NCBI GenBank assembly: GCA_045603905.1
Contig: JAZUNA010000041.1
Location: forward strand, 3,000-66,999
DNA length: 64,000 nucleotides
Origin: Oxalobacter sp.
GTDB taxonomy: Bacteria; Pseudomonadota; Gammaproteobacteria; Burkholderiales; Burkholderiaceae_D
Reading direction: 5' to 3'
Shown: piece after piece, positions 50,563 through 61,110 of the stretch
Numbering within the stretch: position 1 is the stretch's first letter
Layout: each line of letters starts with the position of its first letter
The notes under the pieces: model-generated
The model's input: only the letters and a program-made list of their open reading frames with translations
Databases searched by the model: none
What the model was told of the DNA's origin: nothing
Position numbers and translations under genes: made by a program

Positions 50563-51876
50563 TTAAGCAGTTTTAATGTGATATTCATCTTTATCTTTAT
50601 CTTGCAGGAAGATTTGAGCATAACTTCTTGGATTCGCAGATTCATACTGCTCAATTCCCCATTTGCGACATGCATCACAACAGTAACGAGGAAGTTGAAC
50701 TGCAAAAATGTGACCATGACGTCCTGTATCTGCACTGGAGTCAAGTGTCACAGCTCCACCACAATCAGAACATTGTCTTACGACTTCATGCAAGTTTTCA
50801 CGGATTCGAGCTGTGTCATAGAAAATATGTACAGAACGTTTATGGAAAGGCTGATCTGGATAAGCCTCATAACGCAATTCTTTACGATTTTTCCAATTAT
50901 GCAAGGTGTAATCTTTTAACTTGACTAAAAATTCCGTGATGTGTTTTGGCTGAATTTGTTTGCGAGGATCGTAATCTGGTTCACGAATATTACTGTAATC
51001 CATACCAGCCATTGCCAAAATAATGCCTGTATTAATGTATGGAAGTGCACTTTCGATTGAATATCCACCTTCCAGAACACAAAGATCTGGATTCAGCTTG
51101 TGATTCAATACAGCATAACCCTGTGCAGTAAACTTCATGTTGGTAATCGGATCTGAATAATGGTTATCCTGTCCGGCAGAGTTAATGATCAGTTCTGGTT
51201 GGAAATCATTAACAATAGGCATAATGATTTCATCCAGCACATACAAGAACCCTTCTTCACAAGTTTCGGGCGGCATTGGCAGATTAATTGTCATACCATA
51301 AGCATTTGGACCACCTAATTCATCAGGAAAACCTGATCCAGGATACAAAGTTCTACCATCTTGATGCATGGAAATGAAAAGAATATCCGGATCATGCCAG
51401 AATATGTCTTGTGAACCATCACCATGGTGGCAGTCTGTATCCACAATTGCTATACGGCGAATACCATATTTCTGACGTATGTATTCAACCATGATAGCTT
51501 CCATGTTCAAGGTACAAAAACCTCTACTACCGTGTACAACACGCATTGAGTGGTGTCCGCATGGACGAACCAATGCAAAAGCGTTATCCACTTCTTTGTT
51601 CATGACTTTGTCAGCTGCAACTAAAGTACCGCCTACAGCAATTAAGTGGGAAGCATGAACAATCGATTTAATATCCGGAACACAAAAATGGACTCTTTGA
51701 ATATCTTGTTCTGTACATAAAACAGGCTTATATTCTTTGATATTCTCAAAATCCAAAAGTCCTTCCTCGAAGACCTGATCCTGTGTATAGAGCAAGCGTT
51801 CTTCGCGTTCTGGATGTGTCGGCGTAATGGCATAGTCAAATGCCGGGAAAAAAACCAGTCCTGTTGTCTTAGTCAC
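50563..51876 (-). CDS. Histone deacetylase-family (Zn amidohydrolase) protein with a Cys-rich C-terminal extension
   Basis: HPEREER, RPCGHH, GFC, DTDCHHGDGSQD, SMHQDG..YPGSG, SAGQD, LEGGY; C-terminal CSDC and CCDAC. Confidence 0.9.
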   Translation of the reverse strand: MTKTTGLVFFPAFDYAITPTHPEREERLLYTQDQVFEEGLLDFENIKEYKPVLCTEQDIQRVHFCVPDIKSIVHASHLIAVGGTLVAADKVMNKEVDNAFALVRPCGHHSMRVVHGSRGFCTLNMEAIMVEYIRQKYGIRRIAIVDTDCHHGDGSQDIFWHDPDILFISMHQDGRTLYPGSGFPDELGGPNAYGMTINLPMPPETCEEGFLYVLDEIIMPIVNDFQPELIINSAGQDNHYSDPITNMKFTAQGYAVLNHKLNPDLCVLEGGYSIESALPYINTGIILAMAGMDYSNIREPDYDPRKQIQPKHITEFLVKLKDYTLHNWKNRKELRYEAYPDQPFHKRSVHIFYDTARIRENLHEVVRQCSDCGGAVTLDSSADTGRHGHIFAVQLPRYCCDACRKWGIEQYESANPRSYAQIFLQDKDKDEYHIKTA

Positions 51877-51886
51877 GACATTCTCC

Positions 51887-53548
51887 CTAATTTGCTTCGT
51901 GTTTAATCAGGCCTGGTTTAACCTGTAACCTGACCCGAATATTTTTGCCGGTCGTTGAAAAACTTCTGACCACGTTGAAAGACTGTATATCAGCCACTTC
52001 AACAACAATATCTTCTTCTTTTGCCCCTGCTGCTCTGGCTTTCTGAATAAGCAGATCTTTACCCAAATTGATAACATCTTTCTCTGAAAAGCTAGGTGGA
52101 ATACGTTGCAATATACCTTCTTCTGCAATAGAAAGAGATCCGTCTTCTGTGTCCGCAACCAGGTTCAATTCAACGGTTGTTCTAGCCATAGCGGCACCGC
52201 TAGCATTAATTACATCAGAATCCTGTGGAACGACAGGTGTATATCCCACCATTTTTTCCAAGGTATCTGACATAAACGGTGCTGGACCACCAACAATGAT
52301 CATTTCTACAGGACTGATTTTGCGTCCTTCTAACAATTCATGGATGGTGTAAACAGGCTTACCATTAACCTCTTCCAACATGCTATTGATTTTTTCGGTA
52401 ATCAATGTACCTGCCAAATCTAATACAGCTCTAGCAGTTTCTTCTTTTTGTTTACCCAGTTGAGAAGCTAAACTTTCAATTGCCGCATCTGCTTTTGCTT
52501 TATCACCGAAGTTAGCAAGTCCTAAAACAATCGCTGCATCCGTCGGAGTTGGTGCAGGACCATCTAATGCCATCGCAGGACCTAAACGTTCAGGACCTAA
52601 TAGCAATTTACCGTCCACAACTCGAACATGGCTATCACCACCCACACCAATGGATTGTGTTAAAAGACCACGAACAGCGGTTTTATGTTCTTCAATTTTG
52701 ACACCTAAAGGCTCAAGCAATGGCACACCATCAGCAAAAAGAGCAATGTCTGTTGTTGTTCCACCAATATCAATAGAAACTGAATCTTTTTCTAAAGAAA
52801 CATAAGGTAAAACACCCATAATGGTTGCAGCAGGTCCTGAAAGAATGGTTTGTACAGGCTGACCTTGAGATTGTTTGTATTCAATTGTTCCTCCATCTGC
52901 TTTCAAGATGTATAGAGGAACATTAATACCCAATTCTTTCATATAAGCCTGCAATTGCTCAATTAAGCGACCATGCAAGCTCCATACTGCTTCATTAAGA
53001 TATGTTGTTGCAATTCTGCGTGGGAAGTTAAGCGAACCGGAAAGGTTATGGCTAACAGAAACGTGTTTTGCTTCTTTTGAAAAAATACCTTCAGCTAATT
53101 TTTCATGGGCAGGATTACGTGTAGCAAATTTCCCGACAATAGCAAAATGCTCTATGTTCTTTTTCGCCATGATGAACTGAACTTCTTCCAATTCAGCTTT
53201 ATTTGGAGCTTCTGCTTCCATACCACGGTGATTCATGTACCCGGATACCAATTTCGATCTATCAGCAAGTGGTAAATCTTGTGGTGCAACACCAGGACCA
53301 TTCATAACAATAAGACCGACTTCATCTAACTGGTTTTGTACAACAGCATTTGTTGAAATTGTTGTACTTAAAACAATACGCTGAAGTTGCTTAATATCTT
53401 CCGCATTAGCAACTGCATTTGTTGCCATTAATACGGATTTCAAAATATTTTCTTTGTCTGTAAGAACTTTAGATTTTCTAATAATCTGTCTGTTTTTCAT
53501 CAAAACAGAATCAGTATGTGTGCCCCCTACGTCAATGCCAAGAATCAT
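51887..53548 (-). CDS. Hydantoinase A/oxoprolinase-family ATP-binding protein
   Basis: GIDVGGTHTD, LSTTISTN, SGPAAT, DIGGTTTD, IGVGGDS, PTPTDA, NASGAA; AGGAG RBS. Confidence 0.9.
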   Translation of the reverse strand: MILGIDVGGTHTDSVLMKNRQIIRKSKVLTDKENILKSVLMATNAVANAEDIKQLQRIVLSTTISTNAVVQNQLDEVGLIVMNGPGVAPQDLPLADRSKLVSGYMNHRGMEAEAPNKAELEEVQFIMAKKNIEHFAIVGKFATRNPAHEKLAEGIFSKEAKHVSVSHNLSGSLNFPRRIATTYLNEAVWSLHGRLIEQLQAYMKELGINVPLYILKADGGTIEYKQSQGQPVQTILSGPAATIMGVLPYVSLEKDSVSIDIGGTTTDIALFADGVPLLEPLGVKIEEHKTAVRGLLTQSIGVGGDSHVRVVDGKLLLGPERLGPAMALDGPAPTPTDAAIVLGLANFGDKAKADAAIESLASQLGKQKEETARAVLDLAGTLITEKINSMLEEVNGKPVYTIHELLEGRKISPVEMIIVGGPAPFMSDTLEKMVGYTPVVPQDSDVINASGAAMARTTVELNLVADTEDGSLSIAEEGILQRIPPSFSEKDVINLGKDLLIQKARAAGAKEEDIVVEVADIQSFNVVRSFSTTGKNIRVRLQVKPGLIKHEAN

Positions 53549-53765
53549 GATGTTCTCCTTTTCAACGCGCCAGGCATAAAATGAGAAAGTAAAAATTTAG
53601 CCATATCGTCTTAAATTAAAAATGCTGCGTATGGATTTGAACAAATAGATTCGACATAAAAATCATGTCGATATCGATGACTTGAGGCCAAAACTACATT
53701 GTGACCAATCTATATTGTACCATTGAGAATCGAAAGAAAGCGTTTTTTGCAAAAGTTTCTAATAC

Positions 53766-55025
53766 TTAACCGTTCTTTTCTAGTACAGCGGCAAAAAAAC
53801 CATCCGTTTGATGACGATGTGGTAACAGTTTTAAGTAGTTATCCATCTCCAGATTAATTTTTTGCTCAGCCAAAATCTCCCTCATCGGACGCAAGGAAAA
53901 ATTAGGGTGTTTCGACAGAAAATCTTGAACAACCTGCTCATTTTCGTCTTCTAATAAACTACAAGTTGCATAAACCAATCTTCCTTTTGGTTTTACCAAA
54001 CGAGAAGCTGATTCCAAAATTAACTTCTGTTTTTCAACCAATTCGGAAATACCATTTGCTGATTGCCGCCATTTAATTTCAGGATTTCGTCTTAAAGTAC
54101 CCAGTCCACTGCATGGAGAATCCACCAAAACGCGGTCTACCTTCCCTGCCAGACGTTTTATTTTTGCATCTCTTTCATGTGCAATATGAATAGGATGAAC
54201 ATTGGAAAGCCCGCTTCTTGCCAAACGTGGTTTCATTTTTGCCAATCGTTTACTGGAAACATCAAATGCATAAAGTCGACCTGTGTTTCGCATAGAAACA
54301 CCCAGTGCCAAAGTCTTGCCTCCTGCCCCGGCACAAAAATCAACCACCATTTCACCACGTTTTGCACCCGTTATTTGAGCAAGAAGTTGACTGCCCTCAT
54401 CTTGAACTTCAATAGCACCTTCTTTAAAAATAGATATATTTTGCAATGCAATTTTCTTTTCTATTCTTAATCCCAAAGGCGCATAAGGTGTTGGTTTGGA
54501 TTGAACTTTCTGTTGAGCTAATTCGGATATAACCTCTTCAGGTTTTGTTTTTAGCGTATTAATTCTTAAATCCAATGGTGCTGGTGTATTTAATGCCTGA
54601 GCTAATTTAAGCGTATCTTCCTTTCCGTATTGAGAAAGCAGTTTTTCATACAACCATTCCGGCATATTTGCTTGTATTCTGGGAGCAAGCTGAGAACGAT
54701 CTATTTTTTTCATTCTCTCAAGCCAGATTTTTTCTGATTCAGAAAGGTTTTCTAACGTTTCTATTTCACCCGATTCCGCGAGTCCCAAAAGAGCCAATCG
54801 TCTTGTTAAAGGACCCTCACCCGATTCCGCAAAATTAGTGAAAAAAAGGCGATTTCTTAAAACAGAAAAAACAGCTTCAGCAATCACACCTCGTTCTTTT
54901 GAACCAATTTTAGGATTTTTCCTGAAGTAAAGTGATAACACATTATCTGCAGGCATCGCAAAAGTTAAAACTTCATTTAATGCCTTTTCAATATGTGAAA
55001 GAATCAATCCCCGCCTTTGTTTCAT
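53766..55025 (-). CDS. RsmB/NOP-family RNA m5C methyltransferase
   Basis: EVQDEGSQL, DFCAGAGGKT, VLVDSPCSG, VYATCS, DGFF. Confidence 0.93.
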   Translation of the reverse strand: MKQRRGLILSHIEKALNEVLTFAMPADNVLSLYFRKNPKIGSKERGVIAEAVFSVLRNRLFFTNFAESGEGPLTRRLALLGLAESGEIETLENLSESEKIWLERMKKIDRSQLAPRIQANMPEWLYEKLLSQYGKEDTLKLAQALNTPAPLDLRINTLKTKPEEVISELAQQKVQSKPTPYAPLGLRIEKKIALQNISIFKEGAIEVQDEGSQLLAQITGAKRGEMVVDFCAGAGGKTLALGVSMRNTGRLYAFDVSSKRLAKMKPRLARSGLSNVHPIHIAHERDAKIKRLAGKVDRVLVDSPCSGLGTLRRNPEIKWRQSANGISELVEKQKLILESASRLVKPKGRLVYATCSLLEDENEQVVQDFLSKHPNFSLRPMREILAEQKINLEMDNYLKLLPHRHQTDGFFAAVLEKNG

Positions 55026-55672
55026 AAAAAATTTCCCAGCACAATGTATTGATTAGGTGTATTGATCGTTTCATCTAAAACGACACGATTGTTTTTTAGA
55101 CGAACTTTTCCTTCAACAAACCATCGTACCACTAGCGGATAAATACGATGCTCTTGTTGTAAAACTCTTGCTGCAAGAACATCTTCTGTATCATCAGGTA
55201 AAACGGGTACTACTGCTTGCGCAATAATAGGTCCGGCATCCAGTTCTGGAGAAACGAAATGAACAGTTGCTCCATGAAGTCGAACACCTGCATCTATCGC
55301 TTGCTGGTGAGTATGCAAACCTTTAAAACTCGGAAGAAGTGAAGGATGAATATTAATCAATCTTCCTTCATAATGTTGAACAAACTCTTCAGACAATATC
55401 CTCATAAATCCGGCAAGCACCAGTAAATCGGGATTGTATTGATCAATGACCTGAAGCAATGCTTCATCATAAAGCTTGCGAGTAGCAAAATCCTTTTGTG
55501 ATAAAACTTCTGTGTGAATACCTGCATTTCTTGCAGTTTCTAAACCTTTGGCTTCTTTTGTATTACTGATAACCGCTGCAATTTTTGCTGACCATGATTC
55601 GGCATTAAGCGATTTAATAATCGCTTCCATATTACTACCACGACCTGAAATAAGAATAACTATATTTTTCAT
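55022..55672 (-). CDS. purN: Phosphoribosylglycinamide formyltransferase
   Basis: ISGRGSN, LAGFMRIL, NIHPSLLP, HGATVHFV..LDAGPII, EH. Confidence 0.97.
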   Translation of the reverse strand: MKNIVILISGRGSNMEAIIKSLNAESWSAKIAAVISNTKEAKGLETARNAGIHTEVLSQKDFATRKLYDEALLQVIDQYNPDLLVLAGFMRILSEEFVQHYEGRLINIHPSLLPSFKGLHTHQQAIDAGVRLHGATVHFVSPELDAGPIIAQAVVPVLPDDTEDVLAARVLQQEHRIYPLVVRWFVEGKVRLKNNRVVLDETINTPNQYIVLGNFL

Positions 55673-55708
55673 GATGGGGATTTTACCTTTATCAACACAG
55701 TTACGATA

Positions 55709-56638
55709 CTACTTCATAAAAACACCACCACTTACACGCTCAATACCAGCAAGATCTTTCCAGCTTTTAATGGAAATAAAGCCTTTAGATTCTAATAAGC
55801 TTCTAACAGCATTGGCTTGCTCATAACCATGTTCCATCATAAGCAGCCCTCCCTTTTTTAAATATTTTGGTGCATTAGAAACAATCTCTCGATAAGCTGA
55901 CAAGCCATCATCAAAATCTGTCAAAGCATGTAGTGGTTCATAGCGCAAATCGCCTTGAGAAAGATGGATATTTCCTTTTTCAATATAAGGTGGATTGGAA
56001 ACAATTAGATCATACTGAGCCTGATCAGGTAAGGCTAAAAACCAACTTCCCTGATGAAACGAAATTCTTTCTTTATTTTGAATATGGCGATTCACATTGC
56101 ATTTTGCAACTTCCAAAGCGGTCTCTGAAATATCGGTAGCCGTTACAAAAACATCTTTTCTTTCATAAGCAATTGCAACAGCAATTGATCCAGATCCTGT
56201 TCCCATATCAAGTAAATGGGCATTTTTAGGTAGAAATTGAATAGCCAATTCAACGAGTAGTTCTGTTTCAGGACGTGGAATCAAAACATCAGGTGTGACA
56301 GCAAAAGATAACCCATAAAATTCCCGCTCACCAATGATATAGGCAACAGGTTCACCGTTTTGTCTTCTTGATAAAACTCCTCGTAACAAATCGGCTTCTT
56401 TTTCTTTTAGTTTGTTCTTTAAATTCAAAATCAATTGTGTATGCGTTAACTTCAACGCATGACAAATTAATATTCTAAGATCGACAAGATCCAGTAATGA
56501 TGGATTAAAAAGATTTTCAATAAGAACTCCTGCCTTGATATCAGCAAGAGAGTTTATTTTATTTGAATTGGTTTCCAGAGGATTGTGTATTATTAACCCA
56601 TCACCAGAATCAATAAAACGGTCAATTCTTATGTCCAT
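55709..56638 (-). CDS. prmC: Release factor glutamine methyltransferase
   Basis: GEPVAYI, LIPRPETE, DMGTGSG, SNPPY, EHG, DLAG.ER; start uncertain. Confidence 0.94.
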   Translation of the reverse strand: MDIRIDRFIDSGDGLIIHNPLETNSNKINSLADIKAGVLIENLFNPSLLDLVDLRILICHALKLTHTQLILNLKNKLKEKEADLLRGVLSRRQNGEPVAYIIGEREFYGLSFAVTPDVLIPRPETELLVELAIQFLPKNAHLLDMGTGSGSIAVAIAYERKDVFVTATDISETALEVAKCNVNRHIQNKERISFHQGSWFLALPDQAQYDLIVSNPPYIEKGNIHLSQGDLRYEPLHALTDFDDGLSAYREIVSNAPKYLKKGGLLMMEHGYEQANAVRSLLESKGFISIKSWKDLAGIERVSGGVFMK

Positions 56639-57098
56639 GGCGCAAGACAATAATAAAGAAAACAAATGTAAAAACCATGAACCAGACTAATGACCACTCA
56701 GGAAGGGATAATCCCCAAATACGATTCCATACTTCACCGCAAGAACCTTCGGCTTTAAATAAAGAAGGCATCCATTTTGCAGGAAAAAAATTGTTTAACA
56801 TAACTTCTAAAGCATCTTTACCACAGGTCAAAGACATTTTTTTAGCAGACCATATTTGTGAAGACGCTGCAAAGGCTCCCCCAACGGCAGCAATGAGTGA
56901 TAACAAGGCAGTCAAACGAACAAAAGACGTTATTCTGCCAATCAAACAGAAAATGATAATGGCAACATAAGCATAACGCTGCAAAACGCAAAGCGGACAA
57001 GGATGGACATATTGATAATGTTGCAGATAAAACGCGACTAACAAAAAGCTACAACATAACAACATGATAAAACCAAGTAGCTTTCGAGCACTTATCAT
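56622..57098 (-). CDS. dsbB: Disulfide bond formation protein B
   Basis: PCPLCVLQR; second Cys pair (TCG...SCG); GLSLPEWSL; 4 TM. Confidence 0.9.
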   Translation of the reverse strand: MISARKLLGFIMLLCCSFLLVAFYLQHYQYVHPCPLCVLQRYAYVAIIIFCLIGRITSFVRLTALLSLIAAVGGAFAASSQIWSAKKMSLTCGKDALEVMLNNFFPAKWMPSLFKAEGSCGEVWNRIWGLSLPEWSLVWFMVFTFVFFIIVLRHGHKN

Positions 57099-57148
57099 AT
57101 TTATATTCAGTTCTCAGTTTTTAATATGATGCATTTGTCTGGAACAAC

Positions 57149-58231
57149 TTAAGCTGTTTCTCCCATTTCAGCTAGTAATTCTGCTTTATGCTCAGTGACT
57201 AATGCATTTGTTAGTTCTTCCAGATCTCCATCCATGATGGATTCGAGTTTATGCAAAGTTAAATTAATACGATGATCAGTTACCCTACCCTGTGGATAGT
57301 TATAGGTTCGGATACGCTCACTTCTATCGCCAGAACCAACTAAACTTTTTCTAGTTGCTGCTTCTTTTGCTTGCTGCTCTCTTACTTGGGCATCACGAAT
57401 ACGAGCAACCAAAACAGACATCGCTTGTGCTCTATTCTTATGTTGACTTCTGTCATCTTGGCATTCAACCACAATTCCTGTTGGCAAATGGGTAATTCTG
57501 ACAGCAGAATCCGTTTTATTAATATGTTGCCCACCCGCACCTGAAGCACGGAAAGTATCTATACGAAGTTCTGCGGGATTAATTTGGACATCAGCAATGT
57601 CATCTGCTTCGGGCATAACTGCAACAGTACAAGCAGAAGTGTGAATACGTCCTTGCGTTTCAGTAACAGGAACACGTTGAACTCGATGTCCACCTGATTC
57701 AAATTTCATTTTGGAGTAGACACCTTTTCCAATTAATTTCACAATAACTTCTCTATACCCACCCAATTCGGATGGTGAGGATGAAACAATTTCAGACTGC
57801 CAACCATTATGTTCAGCAAATCGAATATACATCCTTAACAAATCACCTGCAAAAATAGCCGATTCATCTCCTCCAGTACCGGCACGAATTTCAAGAAAAA
57901 TATTTTTATCGTCATTAGGATCTTTAGGTAATAGCATCAACTGTAATTTTTCTTCAGTTTCCACCATTTTTATTTGAGCTACTTCAATTTCCTGTTGTGC
58001 AAACTCTTTCATATCAGGATCTTTTAACATTTCTTCTGCTGTTGCACGATCTGATTGAGCCTGACAATACTCTTGAAATACGGAAACAATTGGTGAAATT
58101 TCCGCATGCTCACGCATTAAACGACGATAATTTTCCTGATTAGAAGCCGCTTCAGGTTGCATCAACAATTCATCTATCTCTTGTAGGTGAAGATTTAATT
58201 GTTCCAATTTGGCAAGCATTGACGGTTTCAT
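57149..58231 (-). CDS. prfA: Peptide chain release factor 1
   Basis: PVT anticodon mimic (RVPVTE), [16 protein letters not shown]. Confidence 0.98.
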   Translation of the reverse strand: MKPSMLAKLEQLNLHLQEIDELLMQPEAASNQENYRRLMREHAEISPIVSVFQEYCQAQSDRATAEEMLKDPDMKEFAQQEIEVAQIKMVETEEKLQLMLLPKDPNDDKNIFLEIRAGTGGDESAIFAGDLLRMYIRFAEHNGWQSEIVSSSPSELGGYREVIVKLIGKGVYSKMKFESGGHRVQRVPVTETQGRIHTSACTVAVMPEADDIADVQINPAELRIDTFRASGAGGQHINKTDSAVRITHLPTGIVVECQDDRSQHKNRAQAMSVLVARIRDAQVREQQAKEAATRKSLVGSGDRSERIRTYNYPQGRVTDHRINLTLHKLESIMDGDLEELTNALVTEHKAELLAEMGETA

Positions 58232-58292
58232 AGTATCTACAGGTGTAATTCAGGTAAAAAGAGAAATTATACGTGAGTAATCGTTTGTAAAT

Positions 58293-58979
58293 TTACTTTT
58301 TTGCAAGAAAGCTTAATTGATAGCCATATCCATATATTTGTTCTAATAAATACCCGTTTTGTGGTTTTAAGTTTAGTTTATTTCTTACTCGGGAAATATG
58401 TGTATCAATTGTTCTTGCCATATCATTATGATCCATTTTCCATATTGCTTCGGCAATATGGGCGCGAGATAGTGGCATATCGATATGACTAAACAATAAG
58501 AAAGCCAAATCAAATTCCTTGGCAGTTAATTTAATATTTTTTCCTGCATGTTTTAGGGTATTTGGATAATATTCAAATGTAAAATCACCATAACTCAGTA
58601 AACTTGCAGGGCTTGTTTTTTCATGGATTTGTCTTGCTAAAACACTCACTCTAACTAACAACTCATTTCGTCTTAGCGAAAAACACAAATAATCATCTAT
58701 CCCCATTGCCAGAATTTCACTAATCACATCCGATTTTGCATCATCAGTTAGCAATAAAATTTTTTGGATTCCTCTTTCTTTGGATTGCTCAATGAGTTCG
58801 ACTCCTCCTTGTTTTGCATATTTGATGTCTAAAATCAAAATATCAGCAGGATGTGTAGACAGCCCTCCTAAAAAGCGTTCTTTTTTCAAATATGACCAGC
58901 ATGTATACCCAACTGCAGACAAGCATTGAGCAATACTTTTTTTTCTTGTTGCTTCAAAATCCAAAATTGCAATATTCAT
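58293..58979 (-). CDS. Orphan OmpR-family response regulator (atypical receiver)
   Basis: Receiver plus wHTH (LTAKEF, SR, RTIDTHISRVRNKL, YGYGY). Confidence 0.88.
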   Translation of the reverse strand: MNIAILDFEATRKKSIAQCLSAVGYTCWSYLKKERFLGGLSTHPADILILDIKYAKQGGVELIEQSKERGIQKILLLTDDAKSDVISEILAMGIDDYLCFSLRRNELLVRVSVLARQIHEKTSPASLLSYGDFTFEYYPNTLKHAGKNIKLTAKEFDLAFLLFSHIDMPLSRAHIAEAIWKMDHNDMARTIDTHISRVRNKLNLKPQNGYLLEQIYGYGYQLSFLAKK

Positions 58980-59186
58980 TGTGTTAAAAAAACTTAAAAA
59001 TCAGATTATTACAAAAAAATATTATAAAAATTATTTTCAAGAATATTTGCGAAATAGGTAAATGATCAATAAAATTATTGGTTACCGTTTTTCGGTAAAC
59101 GATACGTATGCATATTTGATGTTCTTTACACATTTATAAAAGAGTTCTTATGCCATTTTCTTAACCCGCTTTACAAGGATAAAAAA

Positions 59187-60593
59187 TTGAACAGTTTTCG
59201 CGAGAATTTTACGGGTAATCTGCTCATCATCGGATTGGGTAGTATTGCAAAAGGTGTTATTCCGTTATTTTTGCGTCACCTGACGATCACGCCCGATCGA
59301 ATAAGGGTGATTTCAGCTAATGCTGATGATGAAAATATTACTACCAAATATGGTATTACACATCAGCAAGTCAGTTTAACAAAGGAAAATTACCGTTCAG
59401 TCATTGAGCCTCATCTAAAAAAAGGCGACTTTATGGTCAATCTTTCTGTGAATGTTTCCAGTTTGGACTTGATGGCACTTTGCCATGAAAAAGAGGTTTT
59501 TTATATTGATACTTCCATTGAGCCATGGGAAGGTGGATATATTGATGAGAATGCCACTTTTTCTGAGCGTTCCAACTATATGCTTCGTGAAAAAGCCTTA
59601 GCATTTGGACGACAAAAAGAGAAAGGAACAACTGCTATCATTTGCCTTGGTGCAAATCCTGGTGTCGTTTCTGCTTTCTTAAAACAAGGCTTACTCAATA
59701 TTGCCGCTGATAACGGTATCAAAGCCAATCCTGTTACGAAAGAAGACTGGGCCAAACTTGCCCAACAACTGGAAATTAAAACAATTCATGTTGCTGAGCG
59801 TGACACACAAAATACAACCACATATAAACCCAGAAACACCTTTTTTAATACTTGGTCAATTGATGGTTTTATCAGTGAAGGTATGCAACCATCTGAACTT
59901 GGTTGGGGTACACATGAAAAACATTGGCCTGAAGATGCTTTAACACATGAAACAGGTTGTATGTCAGCAATCATGCTTGCTTTACCTGGCGCTGCTGTTA
60001 AAGTCAAAAGCTGGACACCTTTGGAAGGTTCTTATCATGGTTTCCTGATCACCCATAATGAATCCATTTCCATTGCAGATTATCTGACGATCAAAGAAGG
60101 CGAAAAAGTGGTTTATCGTCCAACTGTTCATTACGCTTACCATCCTTGTGATGATGCTGTTCTCTCTCTTCATGAGTTAGCTGGCAAAAACTGGCATGAG
60201 CAATCTACAAAAGTTTTACTTCGTGATGAAATAGATCAAGGTATAGATGAACTAGGCGTTTTATTAATGGGAAATAAAAAAGGTGTTTATTGGTATGGCT
60301 CACGTTTATCCATTGAGCAAGCACGTAATTTAGTTCCGTACAATAACGCGACAAGTCTACAAGTAGCTGCTGGTGTGTTATCTGGTGTTATTTATGCTAT
60401 TCGCAATCCAAATGAAGGTGTCATCGAACCCGATAATATCGATCACAATACAATGATGGAAATTGCTGGTCCCTATCTTGGCGATGTTGTTGGTGAATAT
60501 GGAGACTGGACACCTCTTAAAGGAAGACACTTCCCATTTAAAGAAGATTTGGATGAAAGTGATCCTTGGCAATTTAAAAATATCAGAGTCTAA
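59187..60593 (+). CDS. hss: Homospermidine synthase
   Basis: IGLGSI, NLSV.VSS, GANPG, HVAERD, NTWSIDGF, ELGWGTHE, HNESISI, YRPTVHYAY, NATSLQV, DPWQF. Confidence 0.94.
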   Translation: MNSFRENFTGNLLIIGLGSIAKGVIPLFLRHLTITPDRIRVISANADDENITTKYGITHQQVSLTKENYRSVIEPHLKKGDFMVNLSVNVSSLDLMALCHEKEVFYIDTSIEPWEGGYIDENATFSERSNYMLREKALAFGRQKEKGTTAIICLGANPGVVSAFLKQGLLNIAADNGIKANPVTKEDWAKLAQQLEIKTIHVAERDTQNTTTYKPRNTFFNTWSIDGFISEGMQPSELGWGTHEKHWPEDALTHETGCMSAIMLALPGAAVKVKSWTPLEGSYHGFLITHNESISIADYLTIKEGEKVVYRPTVHYAYHPCDDAVLSLHELAGKNWHEQSTKVLLRDEIDQGIDELGVLLMGNKKGVYWYGSRLSIEQARNLVPYNNATSLQVAAGVLSGVIYAIRNPNEGVIEPDNIDHNTMMEIAGPYLGDVVGEYGDWTPLKGRHFPFKEDLDESDPWQFKNIRV

Positions 60594-60603
60594 TCATTTG
60601 TTC

Positions 60604-60640
60604 AAACCGCTAAAAATAATCTTGTTTTTAGCGGTTTTTT
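60604..60640. terminator. Bidirectional terminator overlapping the GNAT stop
   Basis: AAACCGCTAAAAA-N8-TTTTTAGCGGTTT. Confidence 0.8.
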
Positions 60641-61110
60641 TCAATTAACAACCATTGCTTGCGTTTTCCTGCATTGGCAAAGCCTTGTTTTTCAAAAAGA
60701 GCATAAACAGGAGGCAATGAAATCGTTCTTGGAAGCGTAACGAGTAATCTTCTCCAACGTCTTTTTTCTGCATATTGGCGAATTTCTTGAAACATGCGAT
60801 GTGCAATGCGTCGCTGCCTATAAAAAGGACGAACGTAAATCTGCTCTAAAATGCCACAGGAATCGTCCAGATAAGGGATAGACTCAAAAACCGTCATATA
60901 ACCTAACGGATGCCCTCTTACACTCCGAGCAATAAAAACAGCGTAATCCGTGTTATCGAGTAACTCGCTTAAAATGATTTTTTCGTTGTTAATTTGAAAC
61001 TCAAAATCAGTATGATTAGTCAAAGCAACCAATTCTGATCGGTATTCACCTATCAAAGTTGCAACGTCATGGACATCATTTTGATTTGCCTTGTGTATTT
61101 GGACTTTCAT
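60628..61110 (-). CDS. GNAT-family N-acetyltransferase
   Basis: IYVRPFYRQRRIA motif A; LFEKQGF. Confidence 0.8.
   Translation of the reverse strand: MKVQIHKANQNDVHDVATLIGEYRSELVALTNHTDFEFQINNEKIILSELLDNTDYAVFIARSVRGHPLGYMTVFESIPYLDDSCGILEQIYVRPFYRQRRIAHRMFQEIRQYAEKRRWRRLLVTLPRTISLPPVYALFEKQGFANAGKRKQWLLIEKNR

Noticed and set aside
59187-61110. hss + GNAT + HDAC as a polyamine acetylation cycle
   Set aside because: The genes are convergent or far apart and in different operons; the GNAT motif is generic, so the link is unsupported
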